Source: an uncultured bacterium (GTDB lineage Bacteria > Planctomycetota > UBA8108 > UBA1146). Taken from it: 64,000 nucleotides of DNA. Both the position numbers and the translations under genes were made by a program. Location of the stretch: the NCBI GenBank assembly GCA_913056395.1, contig CAJXMG010000012.1, positions 8,659 through 72,658 on the forward strand, in the 5' to 3' direction. Shown piece after piece: positions 1 through 10,700 of this stretch (positions are counted from its first letter, which is position 1; each line of letters begins with the position of its first letter). The notes beneath the pieces were generated by a model. It had not been told where the DNA came from and did no database searches. It saw only the letters and a list, made by a program, of their open reading frames with translations.

Positions 1-59
1 CGAGCATTCTGGGGCCGATTCTCCCAAAGAAAAAACTTTATGAAACTGGCCGGGTTCGT

Positions 60-87
60 TTGCCTGTATTCCTCTTGTTGCTAGCCT
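60..87 (+). promoter_or_regulatory. Putative sigma70-like promoter of the act/cox operon (TTGCCT-N16-TAGCCT, extended -10 TG)
   Basis: TTGCCT 60-65, TG 79-80, TAGCCT 82-87, upstream of actA. Confidence 0.4.
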
Positions 88-250
88 AAACAAAGCATGC
101 GACGGCGTATCAGCACTCCCGTATGCACGGGGGCACTTTGGGAAATGGTTTTTCCATTGTTGGGTCTGATACCGGGAACCTGATCGTCGCAATTTGCAAA
201 CCGGGGGATGTCGGAAATGGCGTCCGATCCCCGAACTTAGGAGGCAAAGC

Positions 251-952
251 GTGACTTCGACGCGAACCCCCATCTTCCCTCCATGGGTCGATACTTTGAT
301 CAAGCTGCTGGGTGCAGGCGCGGCGGTCTCGGGACTCTACGTGGTCCTCATGATTAACTTCGGTGCTTCACCCAAAACCATCAACGCCGGCTACATGCCC
401 GAGCAACCCGTTCCCTACAGCCACGCACTTCACGTGGGTGAGTTGGGGATGGATTGCAGGTACTGCCACAACACAGTTGAGGAGGCCGGCTTCGCAGCGG
501 TTCCTCCTACTGAGACCTGCATGAATTGTCATCAAAATGTTGCTCCCGACAGCAACAAGCTGGCACCCATTCGTGAATCGTATGAAACCGGTTTGCCTGT
601 TGAGTGGGTAAAGATTCACGACCTCCCGGATCATGTTTATTTCAATCACAGTGCCCATGTCACTCGCGGTGTTTCCTGCGTTGAGTGTCACGGCCGGGTG
701 GATCGAATGGTGGAGGTTTGGCAGCACGCTCCCCTGAGTATGGGTTGGTGTCTCGACTGTCACCGCGACCCCGCACCACATGTGCGTCCGGTCGACAAGG
801 TCACCGATCTTGAGTGGGGGCTGGACCGGACTCCCGAGGAGAAACGTGCAGAAGGAATCGAACTCTTGAAGGGCCTGGGGTTGTACGACGCGGAAGGAAA
901 TCCGACCGTGCGCATGACTCTCCTGACGAATTGTTCCACATGTCATCGATAA
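251..952 (+). CDS. actA: Alternative complex III pentaheme cytochrome c subunit ActA
   Basis: Five CxxCH motifs (CRYCH, CMNCH, CVECH, CLDCH, CSTCH), N-terminal TM helix, PEQPVPYSH motif; GTG start at 251 after AGGAGG (ORF track starts at 194). Confidence 0.93.
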   Translation: MTSTRTPIFPPWVDTLIKLLGAGAAVSGLYVVLMINFGASPKTINAGYMPEQPVPYSHALHVGELGMDCRYCHNTVEEAGFAAVPPTETCMNCHQNVAPDSNKLAPIRESYETGLPVEWVKIHDLPDHVYFNHSAHVTRGVSCVECHGRVDRMVEVWQHAPLSMGWCLDCHRDPAPHVRPVDKVTDLEWGLDRTPEEKRAEGIELLKGLGLYDAEGNPTVRMTLLTNCSTCHR

Positions 953-3900
953 ATCAAAACATTCAAAATGGCTCGGGGAAGGCACTCTGGCGCAGTCTTG
1001 AGGACTACGCAGACACCCCCGAATTCCAGGAGTTGGTTCACAAGGAATTTCCCAATCACGCTCCAGAGCTTTTTCACTCCACTTCCCGTCGTCACTTCCT
1101 CAAAGTGATGGGGGCTTCCGTCGCATTGGCGGGAGGTCTTGCCGGTTGTCGCTGGCCGAAGGAAACCATCCTTCCCCACACCAGTCGACCGGAGGGAAGA
1201 ATTCCGGGAGTGCCGGTGACTTATGCTTCCTGCTGGGAACAGCAGGAGGTTGCCGAAGGAGTTCTGGTTACCAGCTTCGATGGTCGTCCGATTCGCGTTG
1301 ACGGAAATGGTGATCATCCATCCCACAGCGGCAGCGCCACATCGCAGATGCAGGCGAGTGTCCTGAACCTTTACGATCCGGGACGCAGTCACGCTCCGAT
1401 GCGCAAGGTCAACGGAGAAGATCAGGAGTCCGATTGGGCTGAAGCCACTGCTGCCTTGCAGGGCATCAAGGGAGCGAGCAAAGTTTCGGTTCTTGCCGCA
1501 CCCAGCTCCAGTCTTCCCCTCGATGCGATGCGCAAGAAGTTCCAGCGCACCTTCAAGGAAGGTTCATGGCACGAGTGGGCGCCACTGAATCGTGATTCGG
1601 AACGTCTCGGTACCGCCATGTGTTTTGGTGCACCCGCAAGACCGGTTGCCGATCTCTCCAAAGCGAGAGTTCTGATTTGTTTCGACGCCGATCCATTGAT
1701 GAACCACCCGGCAAGTCTTCATCACAGTGCCGGTTGGGCCTCGATGAGGCAGTCCGCTGATGACGACGAAGCCGCTTTCAGCCGCGTCTACTCCATCGAA
1801 AGTTCCTACTCGGTGACCGGGGGAGCGGCCGACGTGCATATCACTGCACGTTCCGGAGAGATCTCCCGCATGGTGGCGCAGTTGGCAAAGGCCCTGAACG
1901 TCAGCACCGACTGGTTGCCTGCGGATGTCGCGGAAGCGGTCGCCAACTCCGGCGAGCCCGATTCCAGAATCCAGCAAATGGTGGCAGACCTGAAAGCTTT
2001 CCCGGGACAGTCGCTCCTGATGGCCGGTGATCGTCAGGCTCCAGAAGTGCACGCCTTGGTGCATGCCATCAATGTGAATGCCATTGGCGCGGCGGGTTCC
2101 ACCGTCTCCTACGCAGAAGTTCACTACCCCTCCCGTCCATCTCACATGGATGACCTGGAGGCTCTCGCAGCACGGATCCAGAGTGGGCAGGTCGAGCACC
2201 TGATCATTCTGGGTGCCAACCCCGTCTACGACGCTCCCGCCGTGGGAGGACAAAGTTGGGGAGACCTGATCGGCAAGGTCGCTTCCACCGTTCACCTCGG
2301 TGATTACCGCGACGAGACCGGCAAGGCGTGTGCATGGCACTTGAATGCTTCCCATTACCTTGAGCAGTGGGGGGCGGCAAGAACGTGGGACGGCACGATC
2401 ACGTTGGGGCAACCCCTGATCGAGCCGATCTTCTCCGGTCGCAGTCCAATTGAACTGTTGAGCATCCTTCTCGATGACTCGCCGAGACCCGGATACGACA
2501 TCACCCGCGAGGCTCTCGAAGGATTTGTTTCCGGTGATCTGGAAGATTCCTGGAGAGAGTGGCTTCACAACGGATTCATCGCCGGAACCTCCAACACTGT
2601 TGGCAAAGCGCCGGCCGCTCTTCAGGGTGGCTGGGGTGCTGGCTTGAAGAGTGTCATGGAAGCCCTCGATACCTGGCCGGATAACATTGACGAAATCGTC
2701 TTCCTGCAAGACCACTCCCTCTTCGATGGTCGTTATGCCAACAACGGTTGGTTGCAGGAACTGCCGGATCCGATGACCAAGGTGACCTGGGACAACTGCG
2801 CCATCATTTCACCGGCGAAAGCAGTCAAGCTCGGAGTCAAAGATGGCGACATGTTGATGCTCAAGGTCGAGGGCCAAGAGTTGCAAATGCCTGCCTTCGT
2901 CCTTCCCGGGCAAAATGAGGGCACCATCGCTGTCAGTCTGGGTTATGGACGCCTGCTCTCCGAAAGAGCCGCTGGAAGACTCTCGCGAAAGCCAGCGATC
3001 TACCAGATTGCAGATGGAGTCGGTTTTGACACCTATGGCCTGCGCAATGAGGCTGCGGTGCGCAATGGTTACGCTCCTGCTGCAGTGACCCGTGGTCAGG
3101 GAGAATACGCTCTGGCGACGACCCAGGATCACAATCCGATTCGCCCTGAAGCTTTCATGGGCGACCTTCAGAGGGTTGCCGAAAAGCGTCGGGTGGGTGA
3201 GTTTGCCAGGACCGTCGATGTCGACTTTACCCCGGATGCAAAAATGGTTGGCAAAGCGGTCAAGGACGCTGGCCCGCACCATCCGCCGCTGGAAAGTCTC
3301 TTTGGCGATCATGAATACAAGTCGCACAAGTGGGCGATGTCCATCGACCTCAACGTCTGCACCGGTTGCAGTGCGTGCGTGATCGCCTGTCAGGCGGAGA
3401 ACAACATTGCGGTGGTCGGCAAGGACGAAGTTGCGACTGGCCGTGAAATGCACTGGATGCGAATCGATCGCTACTTCAGGGGTGAAGACGTCGAGAATCC
3501 AGAGATGGTTCACCAGCCGATGACCTGCAACCAGTGTGAGAATGCTCCTTGTGAACAGGTGTGCCCGGTGGCGGCAACGGTTCACAACGAAGAGGGCCTC
3601 AACGACATGGTCTACAACCGTTGCATCGGTACTCGTTACTGCAGCAACAACTGTCCTTACAAGGTCAGACGCTTCAACTACTACAACAACGCCGCAGAGC
3701 CGAGCAAGACAGAGCAGATGGGGTACAACCCGAATGTCACGGTTCGTGCCCGTGGTGTCATGGAGAAGTGCACCTACTGTGTGCAGCGAATCAACAAAGC
3801 GAAGATCGAGGCGCACAACGAGCGCCGGGATCTGCGCGACGGTGATATCGTTCCGGCATGTGCGCAAACCTGTCCGACCAGTGCGATCACCTTCGGAGAT

Positions 3901-4038
3901 CTTTCCGATCCGGACAGCCGCGTTACCGAAACGCAAAAATCGAAGCGTTCCTACAAGATGCTGGCGGAGCTGAATGTCCGACCGCGGACCAGTTACCTGG
4001 CACAGTTGAAGAACCCCGTTGACAAGCAGGAGGGCTGA
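940..4038 (+). CDS. actB: Alternative complex III subunit ActB (molybdopterin oxidoreductase-like domain plus Fe-S domain)
   Basis: WRSLED N-terminus, Tat motif SRRHFLK, lipobox LAGC, C-terminal Fe-S motifs CTGCSACVIAC, CNQCENAPCEQVCP, CIGTRYCSNNCP, CTYC..CAQTCP; ATG at 940 overlaps the end of actA. Confidence 0.93.
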   Translation: MSSINQNIQNGSGKALWRSLEDYADTPEFQELVHKEFPNHAPELFHSTSRRHFLKVMGASVALAGGLAGCRWPKETILPHTSRPEGRIPGVPVTYASCWEQQEVAEGVLVTSFDGRPIRVDGNGDHPSHSGSATSQMQASVLNLYDPGRSHAPMRKVNGEDQESDWAEATAALQGIKGASKVSVLAAPSSSLPLDAMRKKFQRTFKEGSWHEWAPLNRDSERLGTAMCFGAPARPVADLSKARVLICFDADPLMNHPASLHHSAGWASMRQSADDDEAAFSRVYSIESSYSVTGGAADVHITARSGEISRMVAQLAKALNVSTDWLPADVAEAVANSGEPDSRIQQMVADLKAFPGQSLLMAGDRQAPEVHALVHAINVNAIGAAGSTVSYAEVHYPSRPSHMDDLEALAARIQSGQVEHLIILGANPVYDAPAVGGQSWGDLIGKVASTVHLGDYRDETGKACAWHLNASHYLEQWGAARTWDGTITLGQPLIEPIFSGRSPIELLSILLDDSPRPGYDITREALEGFVSGDLEDSWREWLHNGFIAGTSNTVGKAPAALQGGWGAGLKSVMEALDTWPDNIDEIVFLQDHSLFDGRYANNGWLQELPDPMTKVTWDNCAIISPAKAVKLGVKDGDMLMLKVEGQELQMPAFVLPGQNEGTIAVSLGYGRLLSERAAGRLSRKPAIYQIADGVGFDTYGLRNEAAVRNGYAPAAVTRGQGEYALATTQDHNPIRPEAFMGDLQRVAEKRRVGEFARTVDVDFTPDAKMVGKAVKDAGPHHPPLESLFGDHEYKSHKWAMSIDLNVCTGCSACVIACQAENNIAVVGKDEVATGREMHWMRIDRYFRGEDVENPEMVHQPMTCNQCENAPCEQVCPVAATVHNEEGLNDMVYNRCIGTRYCSNNCPYKVRRFNYYNNAAEPSKTEQMGYNPNVTVRARGVMEKCTYCVQRINKAKIEAHNERRDLRDGDIVPACAQTCPTSAITFGDLSDPDSRVTETQKSKRSYKMLAELNVRPRTSYLAQLKNPVDKQEG

Positions 4039-4041
4039 TCG

Positions 4042-5538
4042 ATGAAGCATCTTCTCGAAAAAATCCCCTTCGTGAGACCCGAGATTCTCGGCAATGCCGA
4101 AAGTCGGGAGATCGACAACACCGCTTACTCTCCTTCCGAGAGACAGCCGTGGATCACGGGGGACAACACCAACACGACCATCACGGATCGTGTGTGTGGC
4201 ATCCTTGAGGAGAAGCCCACCTTTGGTTGGGTGATGTTCTTCCTTCTCTCCCTTTCGGTCCTCGGACTGCTGGGAGTGTTTGTTCCCTTCCTCATCTTCT
4301 GGGGAGTCGGGGTTTGGGGAGTCAACAACCCGGTGGGTTGGGGATACGCCATCGTCAACTTCGTCTTCTGGGTGGGTATCGGCCACGCCGGAACGCTGAT
4401 CTCGGCGATCCTTTTCCTCTTCCGCCAAAAATGGAGAACCTCCATTAACCGTGCGGCAGAAGCGATGACGATTTTTGCCGTCATGTGTGCAGGCCTCTTC
4501 CCCGGTATTCACGTCGGGCGAGCCTGGTTTGCCTACTGGATGTTCCCATTGCCGAACCAGATGGAGCTGTGGCCCAACTTCCGCAGTCCGCTCCTTTGGG
4601 ACGTCTTCGCGGTGGGAACCTACTTCACGGTTTCCTTGCTCTTCTGGTACATGGGAATGGTGCCGGATCTGGCGACGGTGAGGGATCGGGCCAAGAACGG
4701 TATCCGCAAACTTGCGTATGGGGCACTTTCACTGGGTTGGACCGGTTCCAACCGCCAGTGGCATGTTTATGAGCGTTCCTACCTGTTGCTGGCGTCATTG
4801 GCGACCCCGCTGGTGCTTTCGGTGCACTCGGTCGTGTCCTTTGACTTTGCGGTTTCCCAGGTGGCCGGATGGCACACGACGATCTTCCCGCCGTACTTCG
4901 TTGCCGGGGCGATCTTCAGTGGTTTCGCCATGGTGGTGACACTGCTGGTTCCGGCACGACAGTTGTTCGGACTCAAGGAAATCATCACCCTGCGTCACCT
5001 CGAGAACATGAACAAGATCATCATGCTGACCGGCATGCTCGTGGGTTACGCCTATGCACAGGAGTTCTTCATCGCCTGGTACGGCGGTGTGAAGGTCGAA
5101 AAGTTCGCCTTCATGAACCGTGCCTTTGGTCAGTATGCATGGGCGTATTGGATCATGGTGAGCTGCAACGTGATTTCGCCGCAGATTTTCTGGTTCAAGA
5201 AAGCCCGAACAAACCTCTGGATCATGTTCATCGTCAGCATCTTCGTCAACATCGGCATGTGGTTCGAAAGATTCGTGATTACGGTCACCAGTCTTGCAAA
5301 CGACTACACCCCGGCGGCGTGGGATTACTACTCTCCCAAGTTGGCGGACGTTGGAATCATGATCGGGGCATTCGGCCTCTTCTTTACCCTGTTTGCTCTT
5401 TTCTGTCGTTTCCTTCCCTTCATCGCCATGAGCGAGGTCAAGGGAGTCATGGCGGATCAGGCTCATGCGGTCGCAGAACCCAAGCCAGCCGAGGACGAAG
5501 GAGCAGACCCTGCGCCTTCTCCGGCGGCAGGATCCTAG
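4042..5538 (+). CDS. actC: Alternative complex III quinol-oxidising subunit ActC (NrfD/PsrC family)
   Basis: [65 protein letters not shown]; many TM helices. Confidence 0.95.
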   Translation: MKHLLEKIPFVRPEILGNAESREIDNTAYSPSERQPWITGDNTNTTITDRVCGILEEKPTFGWVMFFLLSLSVLGLLGVFVPFLIFWGVGVWGVNNPVGWGYAIVNFVFWVGIGHAGTLISAILFLFRQKWRTSINRAAEAMTIFAVMCAGLFPGIHVGRAWFAYWMFPLPNQMELWPNFRSPLLWDVFAVGTYFTVSLLFWYMGMVPDLATVRDRAKNGIRKLAYGALSLGWTGSNRQWHVYERSYLLLASLATPLVLSVHSVVSFDFAVSQVAGWHTTIFPPYFVAGAIFSGFAMVVTLLVPARQLFGLKEIITLRHLENMNKIIMLTGMLVGYAYAQEFFIAWYGGVKVEKFAFMNRAFGQYAWAYWIMVSCNVISPQIFWFKKARTNLWIMFIVSIFVNIGMWFERFVITVTSLANDYTPAAWDYYSPKLADVGIMIGAFGLFFTLFALFCRFLPFIAMSEVKGVMADQAHAVAEPKPAEDEGADPAPSPAAGS

Positions 5539-5544
5539 GAGGCG

Positions 5545-6138
5545 ATGATGAGTGATTCAAACCACACCGAATCGGAATTCGAGACCATCACCGCAGAGGG
5601 ATCTGAGAACCCTCAACCGGTTTTGATTCTTGCTGAATTCGAGACTGCAGACGAGTTGATGTCTGCTGCTGAAAAGGTGCGCGACGAAGGCTTCAAGCGC
5701 TGGGATTGCCACACTCCCTATCCGGTTCACGGACTGGACGGGGCCATGGGGATTCGACCGACGATTTTGCCTTGGCTGGTTCTGGGTGGAGGCATGACCG
5801 GATTTGTCGGCGGCCTCGTCATGCAGGGCTGGATGAACGGCGTCGATTACAAGTTTCTGATCAGTGGCAAACCCTTCTTCAGTATTCCGGCCAGTATTCC
5901 AGTGGCCTTTGAGTTGACGATTCTTCTGAGTGCCTTCGGCGCCTTCGGGGGCATGCTGGCCCTCAACGGATTGCCGAAGATGTTCAATCCACTTTTCAGA
6001 AGTGATCGATTCCGCCGAGCGACTGCCGACCGATTCTTCATCAGTATCGAAGCTCGTGATCGCCGTTTTGACGCACCTGCGAACGCCCGATTCCTCAGGG
6101 ACATCGGTGCCAACGCCATCGAAGTGATCGAGGAGTAG
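5545..6138 (+). CDS. actD: Alternative complex III subunit ActD (DUF3341)
   Basis: DCHTPYPVHGLD, SGKPFFSIPA.IPVAFELTIL motifs; position in operon; AGGAGG RBS. Confidence 0.92.
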   Translation: MMSDSNHTESEFETITAEGSENPQPVLILAEFETADELMSAAEKVRDEGFKRWDCHTPYPVHGLDGAMGIRPTILPWLVLGGGMTGFVGGLVMQGWMNGVDYKFLISGKPFFSIPASIPVAFELTILLSAFGAFGGMLALNGLPKMFNPLFRSDRFRRATADRFFISIEARDRRFDAPANARFLRDIGANAIEVIEE

Positions 6139-6142
6139 CCAA

Positions 6143-6895
6143 ATGACTCTTCCAAACAAAGACACTCAAGTACCGGGTTGGATCATTGGAGCGATCATTC
6201 TGATCAATATGTTCCTGTTGATTCCGCCGGTTCTCGTGGCGAAGGCACGTTTCAGTACCTCGCGTTCCCCACGGATCCATGTCTTCTACGACATGGACAA
6301 CCAGCTGAAATTCAAGGCCCAGTCCGCCAATGATCTTTTCCGCGATGGGCGCGCTGCTCGCTTGCCAGTTCCCGGAACGGTGGCGAGGGGCGAACTGAAT
6401 ATGGATTCGCACTACCACTGGGGAACGGTCGATGGCGAGTGGGCCAACAGTTTCCCTCCGCAGGTGGATGTGAATGCGGCACTCCTCGCAAGGGGTGAAG
6501 CCCGTTACGGAATCTACTGTGCACCCTGTCATGGGATCTCCGGTCATGGAGACGGCATGGTTGCGCGCAGAACGGCTGTTTCCGATTACGGAGCGTGGAC
6601 GGTGACCGACCTTTCGTCAGAGAAAGGGCTGGCCCACCCGATTGGTGAACTCTTCAACATCATTGGCTACGGCATCAACACCATGCCGGGCTACAAATCG
6701 CAGATTCCGGTGGAGGATCGCTGGGCCATCGTGGCTCATGTGAAGGCGATCCAGTTCAGCCAGTCGGTAGACGTTGCAGAAATCCCTGCAAATGAGCAGC
6801 AGCGATTGGAAGCGATGGAGAAGCCTGCAGGCAGTGAAGAATCCGGCTCCGATCCCCAACAGGGGAATGGAACCCAGCCCAGGCAGGGGAGGTGA
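6143..6895 (+). CDS. actE: Alternative complex III monoheme cytochrome c ActE
   Basis: DMDNQLKFKAQ, PVPGTVARG, CAPCH heme site, MPGY, EDRWAIVAHV. Confidence 0.9.
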   Translation: MTLPNKDTQVPGWIIGAIILINMFLLIPPVLVAKARFSTSRSPRIHVFYDMDNQLKFKAQSANDLFRDGRAARLPVPGTVARGELNMDSHYHWGTVDGEWANSFPPQVDVNAALLARGEARYGIYCAPCHGISGHGDGMVARRTAVSDYGAWTVTDLSSEKGLAHPIGELFNIIGYGINTMPGYKSQIPVEDRWAIVAHVKAIQFSQSVDVAEIPANEQQRLEAMEKPAGSEESGSDPQQGNGTQPRQGR

Positions 6896-8238
6896 GCGAG
6901 ATGGGACACAAGCACACCATTGATCTCAGTACTGAAAATCGCAGCCTGGGTGGTCTTTCGGGACAACTGATCGGTTTCGGTGCAGTACTCGCTGTGATTG
7001 GTCTGGTCGGCACCCTGCTGATGGGTAACCTCGAGGGAGCATTCGACCACCATACCGATGATCACTCTGCTGCTGGGCACTCTGCTACTGGGCATGCTGC
7101 TACTGGGCATGCTGGCGATGATCACGCTGGCGGGCACCACGAAGTTCACGGTTACAATTCCACGTGGTCGATCTGGCATCCCTATCTGGTTGCCGCGACC
7201 TGGCTCCTGGCCATTTGTCTGGGTGCGATCTTCTTTGTCTTGATCCACCACGCGACGATGGCGGCATGGAGTACCGTGGTTCGCAGAATCGCCGAGGCGG
7301 TTTCACGCAACTTCATCCTGCTGGCCTTGCTGTTTGTGCCGCTGGTTTTGCCTTCGCAGATGGACCAGTTGTACAAGTGGATCCATCCCGATCCCGGTGA
7401 CAGCATCATTGCCGTCAAGGCTGCCTACCTGGATTACGATTTCTTTCTGATCCGCATGGCTGCCTACTTCCTGATCTGGATTGGTCTTTCCTGGTGGTAC
7501 CACAAGAACTCGGTTCAGCAGGATCATGACGGTGACCTCAAGCGCACCAGCCGTATGGCACACTTCAGCCCGATGGGCCTGATCCTGTTTGCCCTGAGCA
7601 TCACCTTCGCGGCATACGACATGCTCATGAGTCTGGACGCTCACTGGTTCAGTACCATTTTTGGAATCTACCTCTTCGGAGGCAGCGTGTTGTCCTTCCA
7701 TGCCTTCCTGGCACTGGTTGTGATCTGGCTGCAGGCGAATGGAAGATTGACGAGAGCCGTCAGTGATGAGCACATGCAGGATATCGGCAAGATGATGTTC
7801 GCCTTCACGGTTTTCTGGGCCTACATCGCATTCAGTCAGTACATGCTTTACTGGTACGCCAACATTCCGGAAGAGACCGCCTGGTTCCTTCGCCGTCAGG
7901 AGAACTTCATCTGGGGTTCCTGGGGCTGGTTGCTGATCATCGGTCGCTTCTTCGTGCCCTTCCTCTTCATCATGTCGAAGCACATTAAGAGAAATCGTGC
8001 GACCCTTGCCTTGGCAGCGGTGTGGATGCTCATCATGCAGTGGGCGGACATGTACTACCTGGTCATGCCCCAAATCAACGGCGGTGAAGAGTTCCCGTTC
8101 ACTCTGCTGGACGTGACGATTCCTGTTGGTTTCCTCGGTTTGTTCCTGATCGGATTGGCGCTGTCCTTGAGAGGGCATTCGCTGATCGCCGAGAAGGACC
8201 CAAGAATGCCGGAATCCCTGGCATTCGAGAATGCCTAG
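6892..8238 (+). CDS. actF: Alternative complex III membrane subunit ActF
   Basis: MSLDAHWFSTIFG, FWAYIAFSQYMLYWYANIPEET; about 10 TM helices; His-rich loop. Confidence 0.9.
   Translation: MSEMGHKHTIDLSTENRSLGGLSGQLIGFGAVLAVIGLVGTLLMGNLEGAFDHHTDDHSAAGHSATGHAATGHAGDDHAGGHHEVHGYNSTWSIWHPYLVAATWLLAICLGAIFFVLIHHATMAAWSTVVRRIAEAVSRNFILLALLFVPLVLPSQMDQLYKWIHPDPGDSIIAVKAAYLDYDFFLIRMAAYFLIWIGLSWWYHKNSVQQDHDGDLKRTSRMAHFSPMGLILFALSITFAAYDMLMSLDAHWFSTIFGIYLFGGSVLSFHAFLALVVIWLQANGRLTRAVSDEHMQDIGKMMFAFTVFWAYIAFSQYMLYWYANIPEETAWFLRRQENFIWGSWGWLLIIGRFFVPFLFIMSKHIKRNRATLALAAVWMLIMQWADMYYLVMPQINGGEEFPFTLLDVTIPVGFLGLFLIGLALSLRGHSLIAEKDPRMPESLAFENA
7063..7137 (+). repeat. 15-bp degenerate tandem repeat encoding His pentapeptides in ActF
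   Basis: cactctgctgctggg/cactctgctactggg/catgctgctactggg/catgctggcgatgat/cacgctggcgggcac = HSAAG HSATG HAATG HAGDD HAGGH. Confidence 0.8.
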
Positions 8239-8251
8239 AAGGGAGTTCCCA

Positions 8252-8587
8252 ATGAGTGATTCACAAAATCAGAATGCGGAACTTGAAAACCTCGAAGGGG
8301 CAGGGGATGACCCCAGTGCAATTCCCACCTGGTACGGAGGAATTGTCTTCACGATTCTCTTTGTGGTTTCCGCCTACCTGCTGGTTTTCCTCACAGGGAT
8401 TGAGGAAGAGTCGGTGATTGAAGAGAGAAACCGCTACAAGAGTCGGGAATTGGAAGAGGTTCAAGGTATCCAAAACTCCCAATTAAACGGCTACACCTGG
8501 ACCGATCGTGACAACAATCGGGTCTCAGTTCCCCTTGATCAGGGTAAAAATGAGGTACTGAGACGTTACGGGAAACAGGGGAACTGA
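8252..8587 (+). CDS. Small single-TM protein, probable ActG-like subunit
   Basis: Lies between actF and SCO; one TM helix and LNGYTWTDR..RVSVPLD tail typical of ActG-like proteins; ATG after GGGAG. Confidence 0.65.
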   Translation: MSDSQNQNAELENLEGAGDDPSAIPTWYGGIVFTILFVVSAYLLVFLTGIEEESVIEERNRYKSRELEEVQGIQNSQLNGYTWTDRDNNRVSVPLDQGKNEVLRRYGKQGN

Positions 8588-8592
8588 CGCGA

Positions 8593-9600
8593 ATGGAATC
8601 GATGAACCTCAGTCCACGATCAGAAAAGGCTGACATGCTTCATGGCCTGCTCTCACGAGTGAGCCAGCAGCGTGCCTTGATGACTTGTGTTCTGTCATGG
8701 GGAATCTTGCTGACGTCCGTCATCCTTTTTGCGGTACCTCTGTCTGCTCAATCGCCGGCAGTGGGGCCAGGCCAGCTCAACAAACAGGAGCATGATCCTG
8801 TTCTGAAGTCCATCGATGGAATCACCATTCATGATCGCCTTGGAAGTTCTGTTCCACTGGCAGGGAAGATTCGTCGTTCGGATGGAGAGTGGGTCAGTCT
8901 GGGGTCGATCCTCGATTCCGGATTGCCGGTGATCTTCAATCCGATCTATTTCAGTTGTCCCATGCTTTGCAACATGGTTGTTGAGAATCTCCTCAAGTCG
9001 ATGGCGGAGTGCGATCTGGTGTTGGGTCGGGATTACGAAATCGTGACGATGAGTATCGACCCCAGAGACAAGCCGCTCGATGCACGCAACAGAAAGCGCG
9101 CCTTGTTGGATGTGTTTCTGGAAGAAGCACAATTGACGGGCGTTTCCACTGAGACCGCTGAGAAGGGTTGGCACTTTCTCACCGGTGAAGAGGAAAACCT
9201 TCGGCCCATCGCTGACAGCGTGGGATTTGATTACGAGTGGAATACCTACAATCAGGAGTACGCTCACGGTGCAGGGGCTTTCATTCTCTCACCGGAAGGT
9301 GTTCTGACGCGAACGCTGCAAGGAATCGAGTTCGATCCGCAAACGCTGCGCCTCGCACTGGTCGAAGCCTCCGACGGCAAAGTCGGGTCCTGGGCTGATC
9401 AGATGATTTTGACCTGTTTTGTTTACGATCCTGAAAAGGCCCGGTACGGACCGGAGGCACTTTTGGTGATGAGACTCGGTGGTCTCGTCACGGTCTTGGG
9501 GTTGGGGGGCTTCTTGATGGTTCTCCGTCGAAGAGATCGATTGAATTCCGTTTCTGAAAATGACGACTCCATGGACTCTCAGAGAGAGCAGGAAAAATGA
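8593..9600 (+). CDS. SCO1/SenC family copper chaperone
   Basis: YFSCPMLC (CxxxC), WHFLTG, YAH, C-terminal TM helix; upstream of coxB; start uncertain. Confidence 0.9.
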   Translation: MESMNLSPRSEKADMLHGLLSRVSQQRALMTCVLSWGILLTSVILFAVPLSAQSPAVGPGQLNKQEHDPVLKSIDGITIHDRLGSSVPLAGKIRRSDGEWVSLGSILDSGLPVIFNPIYFSCPMLCNMVVENLLKSMAECDLVLGRDYEIVTMSIDPRDKPLDARNRKRALLDVFLEEAQLTGVSTETAEKGWHFLTGEEENLRPIADSVGFDYEWNTYNQEYAHGAGAFILSPEGVLTRTLQGIEFDPQTLRLALVEASDGKVGSWADQMILTCFVYDPEKARYGPEALLVMRLGGLVTVLGLGGFLMVLRRRDRLNSVSENDDSMDSQREQEK

Positions 9601-10688
9601 TGCACTTTTTCAACCCGCTTCTTTCGCATTGGGCGACTCAGACCGGACCCAGCTTCTGGCTGCCGGCACCTGTTTCCAACTTTGCGGACACCGTCGACGG
9701 AGACTTCTACTTCGTTTACTGGGTTTCCATTTTCTTCCTGGTTTTGATCACTGCACTGTTGGTGATCTTCATGATGAAATTCAAGGCTCCGGAGGGGCAG
9801 AAAGCCACCAGTCAGAATGATCACAACCTGATCCTTGAGGTGGCCTGGACCGGTATCCCCGTGATTCTGTCCTTCATGATGTTCTGGTACGGATACAAGG
9901 GTTACGTGGCGATGGCCACCGCTCCGTCCAATGCCATGACCGTCACTGCCGAAGCTTCCCGTTGGCTGTGGAACTTTACCTATCCGACCAATGGTGCGGT
10001 GGTCCCCGGTGCTTCCGAGGATTTCAATGAGATCCGCATGGGAGTTCGGGATGGATCCCTGACTCCGGAAGCTGCAGCTGAGAGAGAATCCAAGGTTCTG
10101 GAGAAAGCCGGATTGCATGTTCCCGTGAACACTCCGGTGAAGATCAAGGTCATGGCTACCGACGTGTTGCACTCCCTTTTCATTCCCGCTTTCCGGGTCA
10201 AAAAGGACTGCGTGCCAGGCCGTATCGGTGAACTCTGGTTTGAGGCGACGGAACCGGGAGTCTACGACCTGCTCTGTACCGAGTATTGTGGACAGGGCCA
10301 CTCGCTGATGCACAGCAAGGTGGTGGTTCACGAGAGCCAGGAAAGTTTCGAGAAGTGGCTCGAAGTGGCGGCCTCCTACGATGAGACCCTGCCCTTTGAG
10401 CAGTTGGGGGAGATCGTCTGGAAACGCAAGGGCTGTGTTTCCTGTCACAGTCTGGACGGTTCCAACAAGGTGGGACCGACCTGGCAGGGAGCATTTGGAT
10501 CCCTGCGTCAATACACCGAGAACGGTGTTGCAGGATCGACGACTGTCGACGAAGCCTACATCGAAGAATCGATCCGATACCCGATGAAAAAGATTGCCGA
10601 TGGATACCCCGGTCAGATGCCGGTGGTGAAGTTGACCGACAAGGAGATCCTCTGGGTCACCGAGTTCATCAAGAGCCTCGGCAAGTAA
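9597..10688 (+). CDS. coxB: Cytochrome c oxidase subunit II with fused C-terminal cytochrome c (caa3 type)
   Basis: LEVAWTGIP, DVLHS, CuA motif CTEYCGQGHSLM, C-terminal CVSCH...MP. Confidence 0.95.
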   Translation: MMHFFNPLLSHWATQTGPSFWLPAPVSNFADTVDGDFYFVYWVSIFFLVLITALLVIFMMKFKAPEGQKATSQNDHNLILEVAWTGIPVILSFMMFWYGYKGYVAMATAPSNAMTVTAEASRWLWNFTYPTNGAVVPGASEDFNEIRMGVRDGSLTPEAAAERESKVLEKAGLHVPVNTPVKIKVMATDVLHSLFIPAFRVKKDCVPGRIGELWFEATEPGVYDLLCTEYCGQGHSLMHSKVVVHESQESFEKWLEVAASYDETLPFEQLGEIVWKRKGCVSCHSLDGSNKVGPTWQGAFGSLRQYTENGVAGSTTVDEAYIEESIRYPMKKIADGYPGQMPVVKLTDKEILWVTEFIKSLGK

Positions 10689-10700
10689 GGAGCAGAGAAT

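Noticed and set aside
940-3300. ActB as an active molybdoenzyme
   Set aside because: Context and motifs identify it as ActB, whose molybdopterin-like domain is known to lack the cofactor
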